Assembly (NCBI RefSeq): GCF_009914755.1
Contig: NC_060926.1
DNA length: 64,000 bases
Strand: one strand, 5' to 3'
Origin: the human T2T-CHM13v2.0 reference genome, Homo sapiens
Each line of letters opens with the position of its first letter. Positions within the stretch are counted from its first letter, which is position 1. The notes under the pieces were generated by a model. The model was given only the letters and a program-made list of their open reading frames with translations, was not told the origin of the DNA and searched no databases. Both the position numbers and the translations under genes were made by a program. This document shows positions 21,362 to 33,461 of this stretch, one piece after another.

Positions 21362-22566
21362 GAGATTTCCTTTGATCTGATAAAACTGTTATGTATTTCA
21401 AGAGTACAGCAGCCATTGAAAGAAAAATGAAAAAAATTTTTAAAAGATAGGAATCAGAGAGTGAGACTATCATTCATCCTCACCGTACAGCTTTAACACA
21501 GGCTGGCTGGCCACTTGGAGGTTTGCATTTAGGTGAATGAGTCGGTAACCCTGACTGTACCCCATTTTCAGTTATTTGTTGTCCTCTGCTGGTCAGAATT
21601 CAAAGTATAACATTTCTCTGGGATATTTTGTTTCCCTCATTCTCTGCATCTTGAGTGGAAAGCTCCGGAAGGGTGCAGTGATTGCCCAATGACATCAAAT
21701 TCTCCAAAGAGTCAGAGAGCCAAAGTCAGCCTGGTGAGAAAACAAATGAAGCAAATACTAAAATAACACTGAGGGCAGAGCCCCCCGCCAGAACCTGCCA
21801 AAAAGATATGAAGTTTGATTAGAATAATTATTTTAATTGAATTATCATTTTAAATCAATTAAAGGGAAGGATTTCAATGGAAGAATGCCAAATCCTACTC
21901 ATGGGATCCATTCGCTGGGCTGTGTGTTGGGAGCCTAAATGGTCCACATGATGGCTGGGCACACTCATGCCCTCTTTAATAAACACTCTCAAAAGCTCTC
22001 ACAATTGAGCTTCACACACAGGGCTGCAGACCTGGGCTTTGCTGAGCCCTGTAATGGGATAACTTCGGGTGATTATGTGGTTTAGTAAATATCCATAAAT
22101 TAAGGATAGTGTTTGAAGACTGCCAATAACGACCTCAGTTTCCCAGTATCCCCCAGAGAAGTGAATTAATTATTTTAAGAGTTCGGGGCAAAGGCAAGCC
22201 AGGACAGAGAAGATTATCTCCTATTTCTTCTCTCCCATAATTGGTTACCTTTCTGGTCCCTCCCAGAGCACTGGAAGTGTTTCACACAATCTCTGGGTCT
22301 CGACAATAATGTACCTCGAAAAGGAGGCTGATTATGTTGACTGAAATCCATCCTGGCAAAAGGCTTTTGCTGCAGCTGGTTCCATTTACATTTTGTATTT
22401 TTGGAGCTTGTGCCTGTTCCAGGGAGGGATGGGATAATTGATTTAAATCAAATTATGAAACGTGATACTTTGAATTCCTAAAAACATGTTTCCTGGCACT
22501 GCCTGCAGCAGTGGAGCCCTCGCAGGTACGGTGGAATGGGATGGGCGCGGGAGTGCCTTTCTTGAC

Positions 22567-22568
<2 letters not shown>

Positions 22569-22612
<44 letters not shown>
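22569..22612. repeat. (GT)22 microsatellite
   Basis: Directly visible. Confidence 0.98.
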
Positions 22613-22615
<3 letters not shown>

Positions 22616-23194
22616 ACCTCACACTCCTCCTTTAGAGCCTGGGCCAGGGTTTCTTTAGAGCCTGAAGCCATTAACAGAGTATGGTGTCCCCTTGTAGGTG
22701 AGGTACAGCTATCACATTGCCGCCATTCCTCATGCCAAGTACAGTCATTGATTTTAATAGTGAGCTTCTCTAGTTTCATCTCTTTGATCACAGAGCTGAA
22801 ATTAAAGACTGTACATTGTGTAAATGACAAAGGAAATAGATGGAGCTCAGCAAAAAGATGCTAATAACTTTAAGACTTCACTGCATCACACATTCATTTT
22901 GATTTGGAAAGACAATTTGCCTCCCAGATTTTAAAAGCTATTTTAGAACGGTTTCAAGATCAAGATCCTTAATGTTGCTTTGCTCCCATCTGTAGCCTAA
23001 ATTATTTGTAATTAAGTTAAATAGCTTCATATAAATAGTAGACCTATGGAGTCGGGGAATGATTGTTTCACATACATCCCTGCGTTGTGAATTGCCAGTA
23101 GCAATGACATCTTTGAAAAGCAGCCCCCACTCTATCTGGTGCAGAACTTTGAGTGGCATTTAGGAAAGTGATTCTTACTTCAAATATTATCACT

Positions 23195-23380
23195 GACTCA
23201 TTGTAGGTTCTGGGTCCAGCCAGCTAGTTGGATTTAAACTGCACCTCTGCAACTTACTAGATTTGTAACCTTGGGTAACTTATTTGTAAAATGGAGGTCA
23301 TAATAATACCAACCACATGAGGTCACACATAAAGCAATTAGAGCAGTTCCTAGGGCATAACAAGGCTATTATTTCTTTCT
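23195..23380 (+). mobile_element. MIR
   Basis: 'acttactagatttgtaaccttgggtaacttattt', 'gtaaaatggaggtcataata'. Confidence 0.7.
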
Positions 23381-24580
23381 TCAATTATTATTAAAGAAAT
23401 ACTAAGACTCTTCCTAATGATACATATTTCTTAGAGTGTTTCCAGCCATTTATTTGAATGGCATGTTGAGCCTTGCTATTTCCATCCTCCTGGGTTAGCA
23501 CCCCACAAAGTTTCACTTCTCTTCCCTTCAGTCAACAAAGCCTAGCCCAGGGTGCAGCTTGGGAGGGTGCAGCATGCAAAGGTCACAACCTTGCATGCTA
23601 CTTTGAGCTCTTTGGTTCTTAGGAGTTTATCCCATTTGAGATGCAGGCCACTGAAAGGATGGATATTTTTGAAACCCTGACTTGAATGATCCATATATTT
23701 ATTTATGGGTAAACTTATACCCATACCGAGGTTTACCCATGTATTTATTTGTGGGTAAATTTATGAACAAAGATGAAACTCTTAGACCAGGAGTTAATTT
23801 CAGAACACCAGTGCTTGCTGTGTTGCCAGACATCATGATCCGTCCAGAAAAGTGTGTTGCTTCTTCCACCTTCTCCCCAGCAACAATTCCAGGTGTGGTT
23901 CTGAGAAGGGCTTATCTTTCAGATGAGTCAGACTTGATGCTACTGTTGTGCTCCCAGGGGACCCTGGATGCCTTGGCCAGTCCTTATGTACAGCCCCTTA
24001 GCCTTGGGAATCTCAAGGCAATTCAGGAGAGGGCTCAAGAGAGAGGGTGAGAAAGAATATATACAACTCTGCCTTCCATGGTAGGAACTCAATGAAATGG
24101 GGAGAAAACCCAACTTAGTGCTCAACTCTTAAGATAGAAATGTCAAATAAAGCTAAGTGTTCAGAATCACTGTTGAGATTCATTTTGATTTAAGTGATAC
24201 ATGCATATAATTAAAATCAATGATACTAGATCACATATAAAGAGAGCAGCTCCTTGCTTCCATTCTCATGACTACCTAGTTCCATTACCCAGAGAAAAAA
24301 AATCTCTTTTAATACTCTAAACTGATTCTTTTGGTGTTTATCTCCATACTGCTAAAATAAGAAATCTTTACTGTTTTTTAATTTGTCAACTTTAGGCGTT
24401 ATCTGTAAGCACTTTTTGATGACAGATAGTGAGTTGGTTCTCTTTGATCACATCCTTACTTCTTCCTCCTCCAACATCTCACTATAGTCATATACAGATT
24501 TTTTATTAAATTAGTAGTCAGAGTTTTCATTACTACAATGATATAAACATTATCAGTGTAGAAGCAGTAGTGTACTATAA

Positions 24581-24729
24581 TTTTTTAAATTTTACTTTAA
24601 GTTCTGAGATACATGTGCAGAATGTGCAGGTTTGTTACATAAGTATACATGTGCCATGGTGGTTTGCTGTACCTATCAACCCATCATCTAGGTTTTAAGC
24701 CCAGCATGCATTAGATATTTGTCCTAATG
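24581..24729 (-). mobile_element. ~150-bp 3' tip of L1PA8-PA10-like element
   Basis: 'ttttactttaagttctgagatacatgtgcagaatgtgcagg...ggttttaagcccagcatgcattag'. Possible TSD AT(A/G)ATTTT. Confidence 0.88.
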
Positions 24730-24767
24730 ATTTTAACTGTTGTCCTATTTTCACACATGGATTTCTA

Positions 24768-25170
24768 TGTACTTGTCAGGATAGGCTAGGTTTTCTTTAG
24801 TTAAAAACAACCTTACCATCTTAGTGGCTTAAAACAGCAGAGGTTTATGTCTTGTTCATGTTATATGTCTACTGTAGGTTGACAAAAGGGAATGGAGGAG
24901 GGATTCTGTTTATTGTGGTTTCTAAGGGTCCTAGGCTCTTAGAGCAACCATCACCTTGAACCCAGTCAGTTTCCGTGCCAGAAAGAAAATGCTCTGGAAA
25001 GCAACAAACCAAAATTTTAATGCTGTGTCCCAGAAGTGATATACATCACTTTTACTCACAATTTGTTGGCCAGAACTGGTCAAGTGGCTCCACCCCTTGT
25101 AAGGTACCATTGAAGAGCAGTTCTATCATGTGTTTCAAAGGCAGGAGCTAAAAATATTTGTGAGAAGCAT
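24768..25170 (-). mobile_element. Old MLT1 (J/K/L-like) solo LTR
   Basis: 'tgtacttgtcaggataggctagg...cttagtggcttaaaacagcagaggtttat' and 'catcacttttactcacaatttgttggccagaact'. Confidence 0.75.
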
Positions 25171-25329
25171 TTAAGATTATCATTGAATCTTTTGTTAATT
25201 TTTCCCCCCAATTGATCTGTCAGATCTATTATATATCTCTCAGTTTTCTGTTTTCCCCAAATGTGTGATTTTGTCATTTAATAAATTCCATTAAAAAACA
25301 AAAACAAAAATTGGTGGCCTCCTGCATAA

Positions 25330-27535
25330 GAACTGCACAGCTGCCACAAAGAAGACTTCCCTTTGCCATTCCTTTGGTTTGGATCCCCTGCTTTCTGCAT
25401 CTCCTTAAATCTTTTTCCTTCTTGATTTTTCCTTTTTAATAATGAGGTACCATTCCAGCATGTTCCTACAAAGGGTACAGTCAGCTATAAGATCCAGGGA
25501 AGTCGTATCTGAGTTCTTCACAGCAGTCTTCCTTTCCATACCTCCATCTGATTTTTGATTTGGCTGGTGATATGGTTTGGATGTTTGTCCCCTCTGAATT
25601 TCATGTTGAAATGTGATTCCTAATGTTGCAGGTTGGGCATAGTTGGAAGTGATTGGATCATGGGGGCAGATCCTCATGAATGGTTTAGCACCACCACCTT
25701 GGTGAAGAGTTCTCACTCAGTTCATGTGAGATCTGGTTGTTTAAAAGTCTGGGCCCGTCCCACTTTGCTCCCACTCTTGCCATATGACATGCCTATTCCC
25801 TCTTCACCTTCTGTCATGATCATAAGCTTCCTGAGGCCTCACCAGAAGCAGATGCCAGCACTAAGCTTTCTGTACATCCCACAGGACCGTGAGCCAAATA
25901 AACCTCTTTTCTTTATAAATTACCCAGCCTTCAGTATTTCTTTATAGCAATGCAAAAATGGCCTAATACAGCTGGATAAAGAATTCTGTGTTAAAAATCA
26001 CTTCTCATTGAGAATTTTAAAGAGATCATTTCATTGACATTCACAATTTTATTGCTGCTAAGAAGTCTTATGTCATTCTGATTATTATACCTTTGCACAT
26101 GAACTGAAGTTTTTCAGTAGAATCTTTTTAGAATTTTCACTTTACTCTTAGTCTGAATTTTCACAATAATGTACCTTAGTATGAGTTTTTTAAAAAATGT
26201 TTTTTCTTCCTGGCTATTCTGTGTTCACTTGGGATTGTGGTATGGTGGTAGGGGGTGGGGTAGCCAAAAGATTTATAACTTTAATTTAGAGAAGTTTCCT
26301 TGTATTATATATTTGATAGTTTCCATCTCCTCATTTTTTGGTTTTATTTTTAAGGAACTTCTAATAAATTAGACATTGGAATAATCAGATTGATGCTCTA
26401 TTATCTCCTTGCTTCTCTCCTATTTCTCACTTCTCCATTGTCTGTTATTTTTCTAAGGAAGTTTCCATGAGCTTTTTTTCCAAATCTTCTACTGAGTTTT
26501 TAAAGGTTTATCTAGCATAAATTTAGTTTTCATGAACCCTTTCTTTTTCTCTGATTGTGCTTCCTCTGTGGCATCCAATTTTGTTTTATAGGTGTAATAT
26601 TCTCTTATCTTTCTGAGACTATTTGTTATAGTTTGTGAAGCTTTCTTTTGTTTGTTTCTACATCATCTGTATTTCAACTGTGTCCCCCTTTCTCTGTTGG
26701 TTTGTTCTTATCTCTTTTATTCTGGAGGCCTTCCTCAAGTCTGGTCATTGAATTTCTGTTTCTATTTAAGAATGAGGTTTTTGTGAAAGCTTTGTGGGCC
26801 TGTCAAGTGATGGACTTCCCTGTATGGTCACTGGGCAGAGAGTGGCATCCTCATTGGTTAATGCCTCACATGTCACACATGGTAGTCTGGGGATATTTAG
26901 TGTCTCCAGCAAAGAGACCTGAAGGCGGGGCATGTACTTTGCTGTAGGTGTTCTGGGGAAAGGACAAGTAAAGGAGGCCAGTTGGCAGTCCCACAAAGCT
27001 TTCTTAAGCCTCCAGTTTTTATCTTCCTGTGTTATCCTTTTCCTTTGCTATGCCTTGAGCCTCTCATTTTATTCCTTTTAGAAGGACTACAGCCTTCTGC
27101 CTGGGGACTATGTGGTGTGAGGGAAGCGATTGAGGGATACAACCACCTTATATGCAGATCTCTGCTATCACCCACCAAATCCCTATTGAGACATGAGCCT
27201 GACCCCTGCCTTGTGCAATATCCATAACTTTTAGTTCCTGAGTCTCTTAGGGATTCTGTTGGGGATGATCACCCTCTTCCCACTGATATCTCTTCCTGTA
27301 GGGACATTTGGTGCTAATTTTCCTAAGCAGCTAGATTGGTCATTACTCGTTTTTCTTGATTTTTTGTCTTTCTAAGAATGTCTTAAAAATTTTTTATCTG
27401 CTCATGCCTCATCTCCTGCTTCTTTAGTTCATGAGAACTCATACCCTTTTATTTCTTTCTCATCGTTTTAGTGGACCTAAATAGAAGAAAAGATACATGT
27501 CTGTGGTTGGGCTGCCATATTTAACTGGAAGTCTC
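25330..27535 (-). mobile_element. Ancient L1M/HAL1 5' and ORF1 region, interrupted by an MSTB LTR
   Basis: T-rich decayed ORF1-like sequence ('tttggctgg|ataaagaattct'). 5' terminus-like 'tgccatatttaactggaagtc' at ~27512-27532. Confidence 0.6.
25568..25970 (+). mobile_element. MSTB-like MaLR solo LTR
   Basis: TGATATGGTTTGG...CTAATACA termini, AATAAA at ~25897, perfect TSD GCTGG. Confidence 0.92.
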
Positions 27536-27729
27536 TTTAATGAAAGAAGTTATCTCATAGTTTTGATGACAGATTCCTCTCCCTCTCATGTGGTTAGTTC
27601 TCTCTCTAAGCAGTCTGAGCCCTGAACAAGAAGGGTCAGTTCTTTCTCAGGAAATTCTAGACTTGGGCAATGGAAAACTCCAGCATCCTGGCTTAGGAGC
27701 GCCATTGGCTAATGGTTTTAAATCATAGG

Positions 27730-27960
27730 CTTTTTTTGAGAAGGCTTGAGTAGGTGTTCCAGCTCCATTGCCTTCTACTGATATGAACTTTGGCAAGTTT
27801 CTTACTCTTCCTAAGTCTATTTTTCCAGTGATAAGATATGGATGATGAGAGTGCCCATCTCCTAGAGTTGATATAAGAATTAAATAAATTAATAATAACT
27901 TGTAAAGTGTGTATCATGGTACCTAATACATAAAACATGTGCAATGATAGTAGTCATTAC
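27730..27960 (+). mobile_element. MIR
   Basis: 'ccagctccattgccttctac...actttggcaagtttctt...taagtctatttttcc'. Confidence 0.75.
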
Positions 27961-28249
27961 TATGCTTAACTGAAATATTTAAATATTTCTGGTTATATTC
28001 TGCCTAAAAGAAACTTTTGAGTTCATTTCAGAACTCTCAAAAAATTGTAAGCTGAACCTATGACTTTGGATCCCTTCCAGCAGACACTGCTCTTGAACTT
28101 GAATTTAGCATAATTTCTAGAACCTATAGTCTGCCCTATTTAGATAGTTGGCCTATTCTCATTGGAAAGTTTAAATAAAAGCTTAGCAATCTTTCAAGCT
28201 CAGAAGGGCCAAGCTATACCCTGGGAAATTGAAGTTAGTTAGGGTCAAA

Positions 28250-28474
28250 AGTATGTTGGCAAACACTTTTTTTGTAAAGAGCTGAATAATAAATATTTTA
28301 GGCTTCATGATCCATACAGTCTCTTTCTCAGCTACTTAGCTTTGCCATTTGAGTGGAAAAGTTGCCATAGTTAATACGTAAATGAGTGGGCCTGGCTGTG
28401 TTCCGGTAAAAGTTTATTTAGAAAAAAATGGTATCAGTTGGGCTTGGTCACTCTTTGTAGTTTGCCAACCCCTG
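28250..28474. mobile_element. MER58A-like hAT MITE
   Basis: TIRs 'gttggcaaac' and 'gtttgccaacccctg'. Internal 'taaatattttaggctt'. Confidence 0.85.
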
Positions 28475-29399
28475 GCTCAGGAAATGGGGAAAGAGAGGTC
28501 AAAAAAGAAGGGGGAAATGGAAGGAACATAAATATACCTATGGGGAAAAAAGTTGTGCCTCTCAAATGCAATTTAGTGATTTAGAGGAGGTTTAAGGATG
28601 TTGACTGCCATGAAATCTCCCCCACTTCTCTATCTGGTAATTTTTATAAGAGATGACTCTTGGGAAAAGTAGGATGAAAGAAACATTTTTGAGTCGCAAT
28701 CTGAGGATCTTAATGTTCTGCTTTTTGCATTGACATTTTTCTTTGATCCTCCTTCCCTTGGCTAGTTAGTGACTTCAAACTTTTTCCCCTAGTTCTTTGA
28801 GAGCCCCTTAATACTAAAGGGTAAGTTACCAGTAATGGTTTGGATTTTTACTCCTCCTGGAAGAATGTTTACTTTGGAAAGAAAAAAAAAATAAAAGAAC
28901 CTGATAGTTCCTCCTAAGAAATATATTTTTGTAATGTATACAATGAACACACCTCATTTCTGAACCTCACCCCATCTGGGGTGTGGTTTAGAGATTGGGT
29001 GGGGATTGTGGTTTCTGTTGCAAATATACCTTGGTAATAAAAACAATGCTTCAGCAGTTTGAGTTGTTTTGAAATGGTCATGTCAAAATGTCTTGTTTCA
29101 TCAAAAACTCTAGCTTAACTTTATAACAGAGTGATTTGACTGGATAACCCCAGTGGGGTATACTCTAATAGCAAAAAGATCTACAGAAGAAAACCACTTA
29201 AACTATTTTGCAGTATTCAAATTTAGTAGTTTCACATCAAATTATTGCTCATAGTGCTGATATTGCTACCTTGCAGTTGTTGTGTGTTTGTATGGGATAA
29301 TTCAAATGAGTATTTATTTTGGCTTGCTTAGAATTGAGGTTTTCAGAGAGGTTTAAGGAAATAAAGATGAAAGGTCAATGAGATAAAGGAAAAATCCTG

Positions 29400-30160
29400 T
29401 AGTCTTGAATTTAAACGGAAATAATTCATGTGATTTCATAATATTATTTCTTTTAAAAAAGATGTATTTTATATTCTATTCTCAAAAAAGACCTAAATAT
29501 AATGACTACACCAGTACTAATGTGTACTCTGTCTCTGGTTTCTGTTTACTAAATATTAATGCCATTTCCCATCAAGAGACTACAGCTCCTTGGAGAAAGG
29601 GGTAATTCCATGTATGGAGAAAGAAATGTACAAAATGAGTTGAGAACATCTTTTAATAAAGCTCTTGGTCATATGGGGATTATTTCAAAAGGACTCAAGA
29701 GATAAATAATTTCCACTTAGAAAATACAGGACTATTTTGGCACAAATAAGAATTGAATATAATGAATTTGAGTATAACAAATATGTTTAAACCCATGGTT
29801 CATAATGATACTTTAAAACAAAATGAACAAATAAACAAACAAGAAAAAACTCCCCACCCCCCCAAAAAACTCAAAATACCTTATTGGTCACCTTTGGGGA
29901 ATACTAGGAAATAGCGTCATTTTAAAAACTGATAAGTAGAGGAAAATAATCATTCACGTTTCCTGATTTTCCTACATGTTCTGTGCTTTAGAAAACCAAA
30001 TAGTTTTATGAAAAGTTTCTTATTATAAGATAAAGTAATATTGGCTTTATATTGATAATTATCGAAGTTGAATGGTGAGTACATGGTGGTTTATTATATA
30101 ATCTCTCTACTATTATATTTGAGAATTTCCATTATCAAAAGCAATACAATTAAACAAAAC
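29400..30160 (+). mobile_element. Old L1MC/MD-like 3' fragments
   Basis: 'gagttgagaacatctt', 'tgataattatcgaagttgaatggtgagtacatggtggtttattatataatctctctac'. Confidence 0.6.
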
Positions 30161-30755
30161 AAAGCACTAGCTTAAATAACTTATGTTCTAAAGGTGAAAT
30201 TCCAGCCATCTTGCAGCAAGAAGTAGAAGAGTTAAATATTTGAGTAACACAGCCTTCCTGACCATCTCAAAAGAATACCGTAAAGATAAACATCCACTTG
30301 GCAAGACCAGCACTTCTGCTTAAATTATGATGTTTAGGGTTAATTTTGGGTATTAATTATGTCTAGAAAACTAATGTTAAAATTCATTTTTAAAAAAAAC
30401 TGATGGATGACATGTTAGCTTATTTTTATCTGTTTTTATATAAGGCACTGCATTGTAAAGCCCTTTCTTTTTCAACTAACTGAAAAGATTTCTGTCAAAT
30501 CCCTTAGCTATTTTAAATCTCAGCTACCTTGTTGGCATCAAGTGGGAACTTTCATGCTTTACTTAATGATGACATGAGACCTGAGACAAACTAGTGATTC
30601 CCATAGGAAGTAGCCAGGGAATAGGCCTTAGGTAGGCAAGTGTCTCAACCCTTGGTCTCATAGAACTGAAAAATACCTAGGTCATTCTCTAAAGAATCTG
30701 CCTCTTTCTAGAGAGATGGAAATGGATGATCAGGGAATTTTAGTGATGTGGATAC

Positions 30756-31081
30756 TGTTATGAGGTGAATTATGTCCCCCTTCCCTCATTTATATGCTGA
30801 AGTCCTGACCACTATAGGGCTTTAAAGAGACAATGCAATATGACTGGTATCCTTATAAGAAGAAGAGATTACAACACAGATGCACACAGAGAAGCCCAGG
30901 TGAAGACACAGAGAGAGGGAAACCAGTTACAGGTCAAGGAGAGGGGTCTCAGAAGACACCAACCCTGTTGACAGCTTGATCTTGGACTTCTAGCCTCCAG
31001 AATTGTGACAAAATATATTTCTGTTGCTGAAGCTACCCAGTCTATGGTACTTTGTTATAGCAGCCCCAGCAAACTCATACA
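30756..31081 (+). mobile_element. MLT1A/B-like MaLR solo LTR
   Basis: TGTTATGAGGTGAATT start, 'cttgatcttggacttctagcctccagaattgtga', ends 'gcaaactcataca'. Confidence 0.85.
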
Positions 31082-31505
31082 AGAGGCTTACATGAGTCAG
31101 CAGAAGAACTTTTCTTGAAGTCTTACCAACCTCAAGAGTTGTGATTCTCAACAAAAGGAAGGCTCTGATGGAATGAGAGTTAAGCCAAGTGATGGTAGGA
31201 GCTAGAAGGCAGTGAGAGTCAAACAGAAAGGGCAAAAGCCAAATGAGACAAAAGGAGCAGAGTAGTAAAAATGAAGCCTTGGTACTCATCAGACTTCTTG
31301 AGGAAGGTACTGAGAGGTAATGTCAAAAATGCAAATATCACCTTTGTATACCAAGGAGGCTTGAAGGTCTGAACTGTACATTTATATTGCACATGTGGGA
31401 TGGGAATTGCTTGATATAACCTCAAGAAGTGAGGTTATGGTTACATTATGAGTAATAACAGCTAGCTAATAATCATATCTGAATTAATTGTAGGGTAAGC
31501 AACTA

Positions 31506-32213
31506 CAGTCACCCCCCCAATATCCTTGGGTTCTGCATCTGTAGATTCAACCAACTGCAAATAGAAAATATTTGGAAAAAGGAGGATGGTTGCATCCATA
31601 TTGAACATGTACAGAATTCTTTTCTTGGTCATTATTCCCTAAACAATCCAGTATATTAATTATTTACATAGCATTTACATTGTATTATGTATTAGTCTGT
31701 TCTCAGGCTGCTAATAAAGACATACCCAGGACTGGGTAATTTACAAAGAAAAAGAGATTTAATGGACTCAGTTTCACATAGCTGGGGAGCCTTCACAATC
31801 ATGGCAAAAGGTGAAGGAGGAGCAAAGGCACATCTTACATGGTGGCAGGCAAGAGAACATGTGTAGGGGAAATGCTCTTTTATAAAACCATCAGATCTCG
31901 AGAGACTTATTCACTATCATGAGAACAGCACAGGAAAAGCCCACCCCCGTGATTCAATTACCTCCCACTGGGTCCCTCTCGTGACATGTGGGGATTGTGG
32001 GAGCTACAGTTCAATATGAGATTTGGGTGGGGACACAGGCATATAATACTAGGCATCATAAATATTTTAGAGATGATTTAAAGTATATGGAAGGATGTGC
32101 ATAGGTTATATGCAAATTCTATATAATTTTATATCGGGCACTTGAGCACCCATGGATTTTGGTATCCAAGAGGGTCCTGGGACCAATCCCCTAGGGATTC
32201 TGAGGGATGACTA
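31506..32213. mobile_element. MER2 (Tigger-family MITE) split by THE1
   Basis: TA|CAGTCACCCC...GAGGGATGACTA TIRs. The MER2 body joins across the LTR ('catttacattgtatta|ggcatcataa'). Confidence 0.88.
31688..32046 (-). mobile_element. THE1B/C-like MaLR solo LTR
   Basis: 'tgtattagtctgttctcaggctgctaataaagacatacc...gagatttgggtggggacacag'. TSD TATTA/TACTA. Confidence 0.92.
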
Positions 32214-32429
32214 TTTCAGAGAGAAAACTACATGATTGTACTTTTAAAACAAAAATTCGTTAACATGAAAAATATGTGGAGGTATCAATTACTAATATTT
32301 AGAGTTTTAAAGGCAATGGGAGCAATCTATGAAGAAATGTGTTGTGACTAGGTAAATTCAGTATCAGTTTTTACTATCTGCACTTATGTTTCTTAACTTA
32401 CTGTGTCTCTGGAATTAACCTTCGTTGTT

Positions 32430-32830
32430 GAAATCCTTCTCAAACTTTCAGGTCAAGCTCAAAGTGTCCCTCCCCCATGTAGCATTCCTGGAAGCTCCTT
32501 AACTACATAGCAGATACAAATATAACAAACCTGACAGTAAAGTACAGAGAAGAATCTTCTTGCCTTTATGTTTTCTCTTCTAGTTCATTATTCATGTGTT
32601 TTTCCTTCTTGGGGGTTGAAAGCTCTTTGAGGTCAAGAACTGTCCTTGATTTTTTGTTTAGCATAAAAATGCTTATTGAGCACCTACTATGTGCTAGTCA
32701 TCATTCTAAGAGTCCTGGAGTATAATAGTGAACACGACAGGATAGAATTGACTTGGTTTTTGTAGCTCCATATTGCCTAGCAGAGTATATATTGTATGCC
32801 AAGCATCAATAAATATTTATTAAATTATAT
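32430..32830. mobile_element. L2 fragments
   Basis: 'aagctctttgaggtcaagaactgtc', 'ttattgagcacctactatgtgc', 'tcaataaatattt'. Confidence 0.6.
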
Positions 32831-32977
32831 TTTGTCTCACCTTCAGAGGCTTCAGGAATTAAGAAGCAACCCTAGTTTGGTTCTGGTATGGTAAAATTAA
32901 AAAGCCCTCAAAAGGATTTAGACTGTTTTATCAGAATGTATCACTACCACCCTTGTATCCCTCTTTCTACAAGCTAG

Positions 32978-33461
32978 TGATAAAGTTTCTGTCCTTGAAC
33001 AAATTTTAATCAGGCTCCTCTGAATCTTTTTTCCAATGGATCTTCACTTTTAGGCTTCTGTATTCATCCCTGTATTGTCCAATTTTAGCAAGAATCCTAT
33101 TAAGTTTAGCCAGAATACCCCATCCTGGATTTCTGACCCCCTCCGTATCTGACCAGGTTCCTCACCCTCCACCGCCTCCCAGGTGATGTCTGGTCACCCT
33201 GCCTGCCTTCAGCAAGAGTCCTGTTAGGTTTGTTTAGCCAGAGTCCCCCGTCCCTTCATGTTTGCTCTTAGGAATTTTCCATCCATATCCCCCTGCCTCC
33301 CCCAACCCACTCCTTGGCTACAAATTCCCACTTTTCTTTGTTGTGTTGAGAATTGAGCCTAGTTCCGTACTGAGGTCCCTTTTCACTCATTGCAATAATT
33401 TTTCTGAATAAAATCTCATTTTAGCGCTTTAACTCCTTCTAGTTCTGTTTTTCCTTTGATG
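32978..33461 (+). mobile_element. ERV1 solo LTR (MER31/MER67-like)
   Basis: 'tgataaagtttctgtccttgaacaaattttaatcaggctcctctga', duplicated 'agcaagaatcctattaag/agcaagagtcctgttagg..tagccaga', AATAAA at ~33407. Confidence 0.75.

Noticed and set aside
22453-22864. ORFs with VCVC/HTHT runs (also 35041-35489 and 58340-58537)
   Set aside because: Read-through of GT microsatellites with no recognisable domain.
23682-24050. 122-aa ORF with a repeated YLxVxxxM/Y pattern
   Set aside because: Non-ATG start. The repeat reflects the small DNA duplication at 23691-23764, and I recognise no homology.
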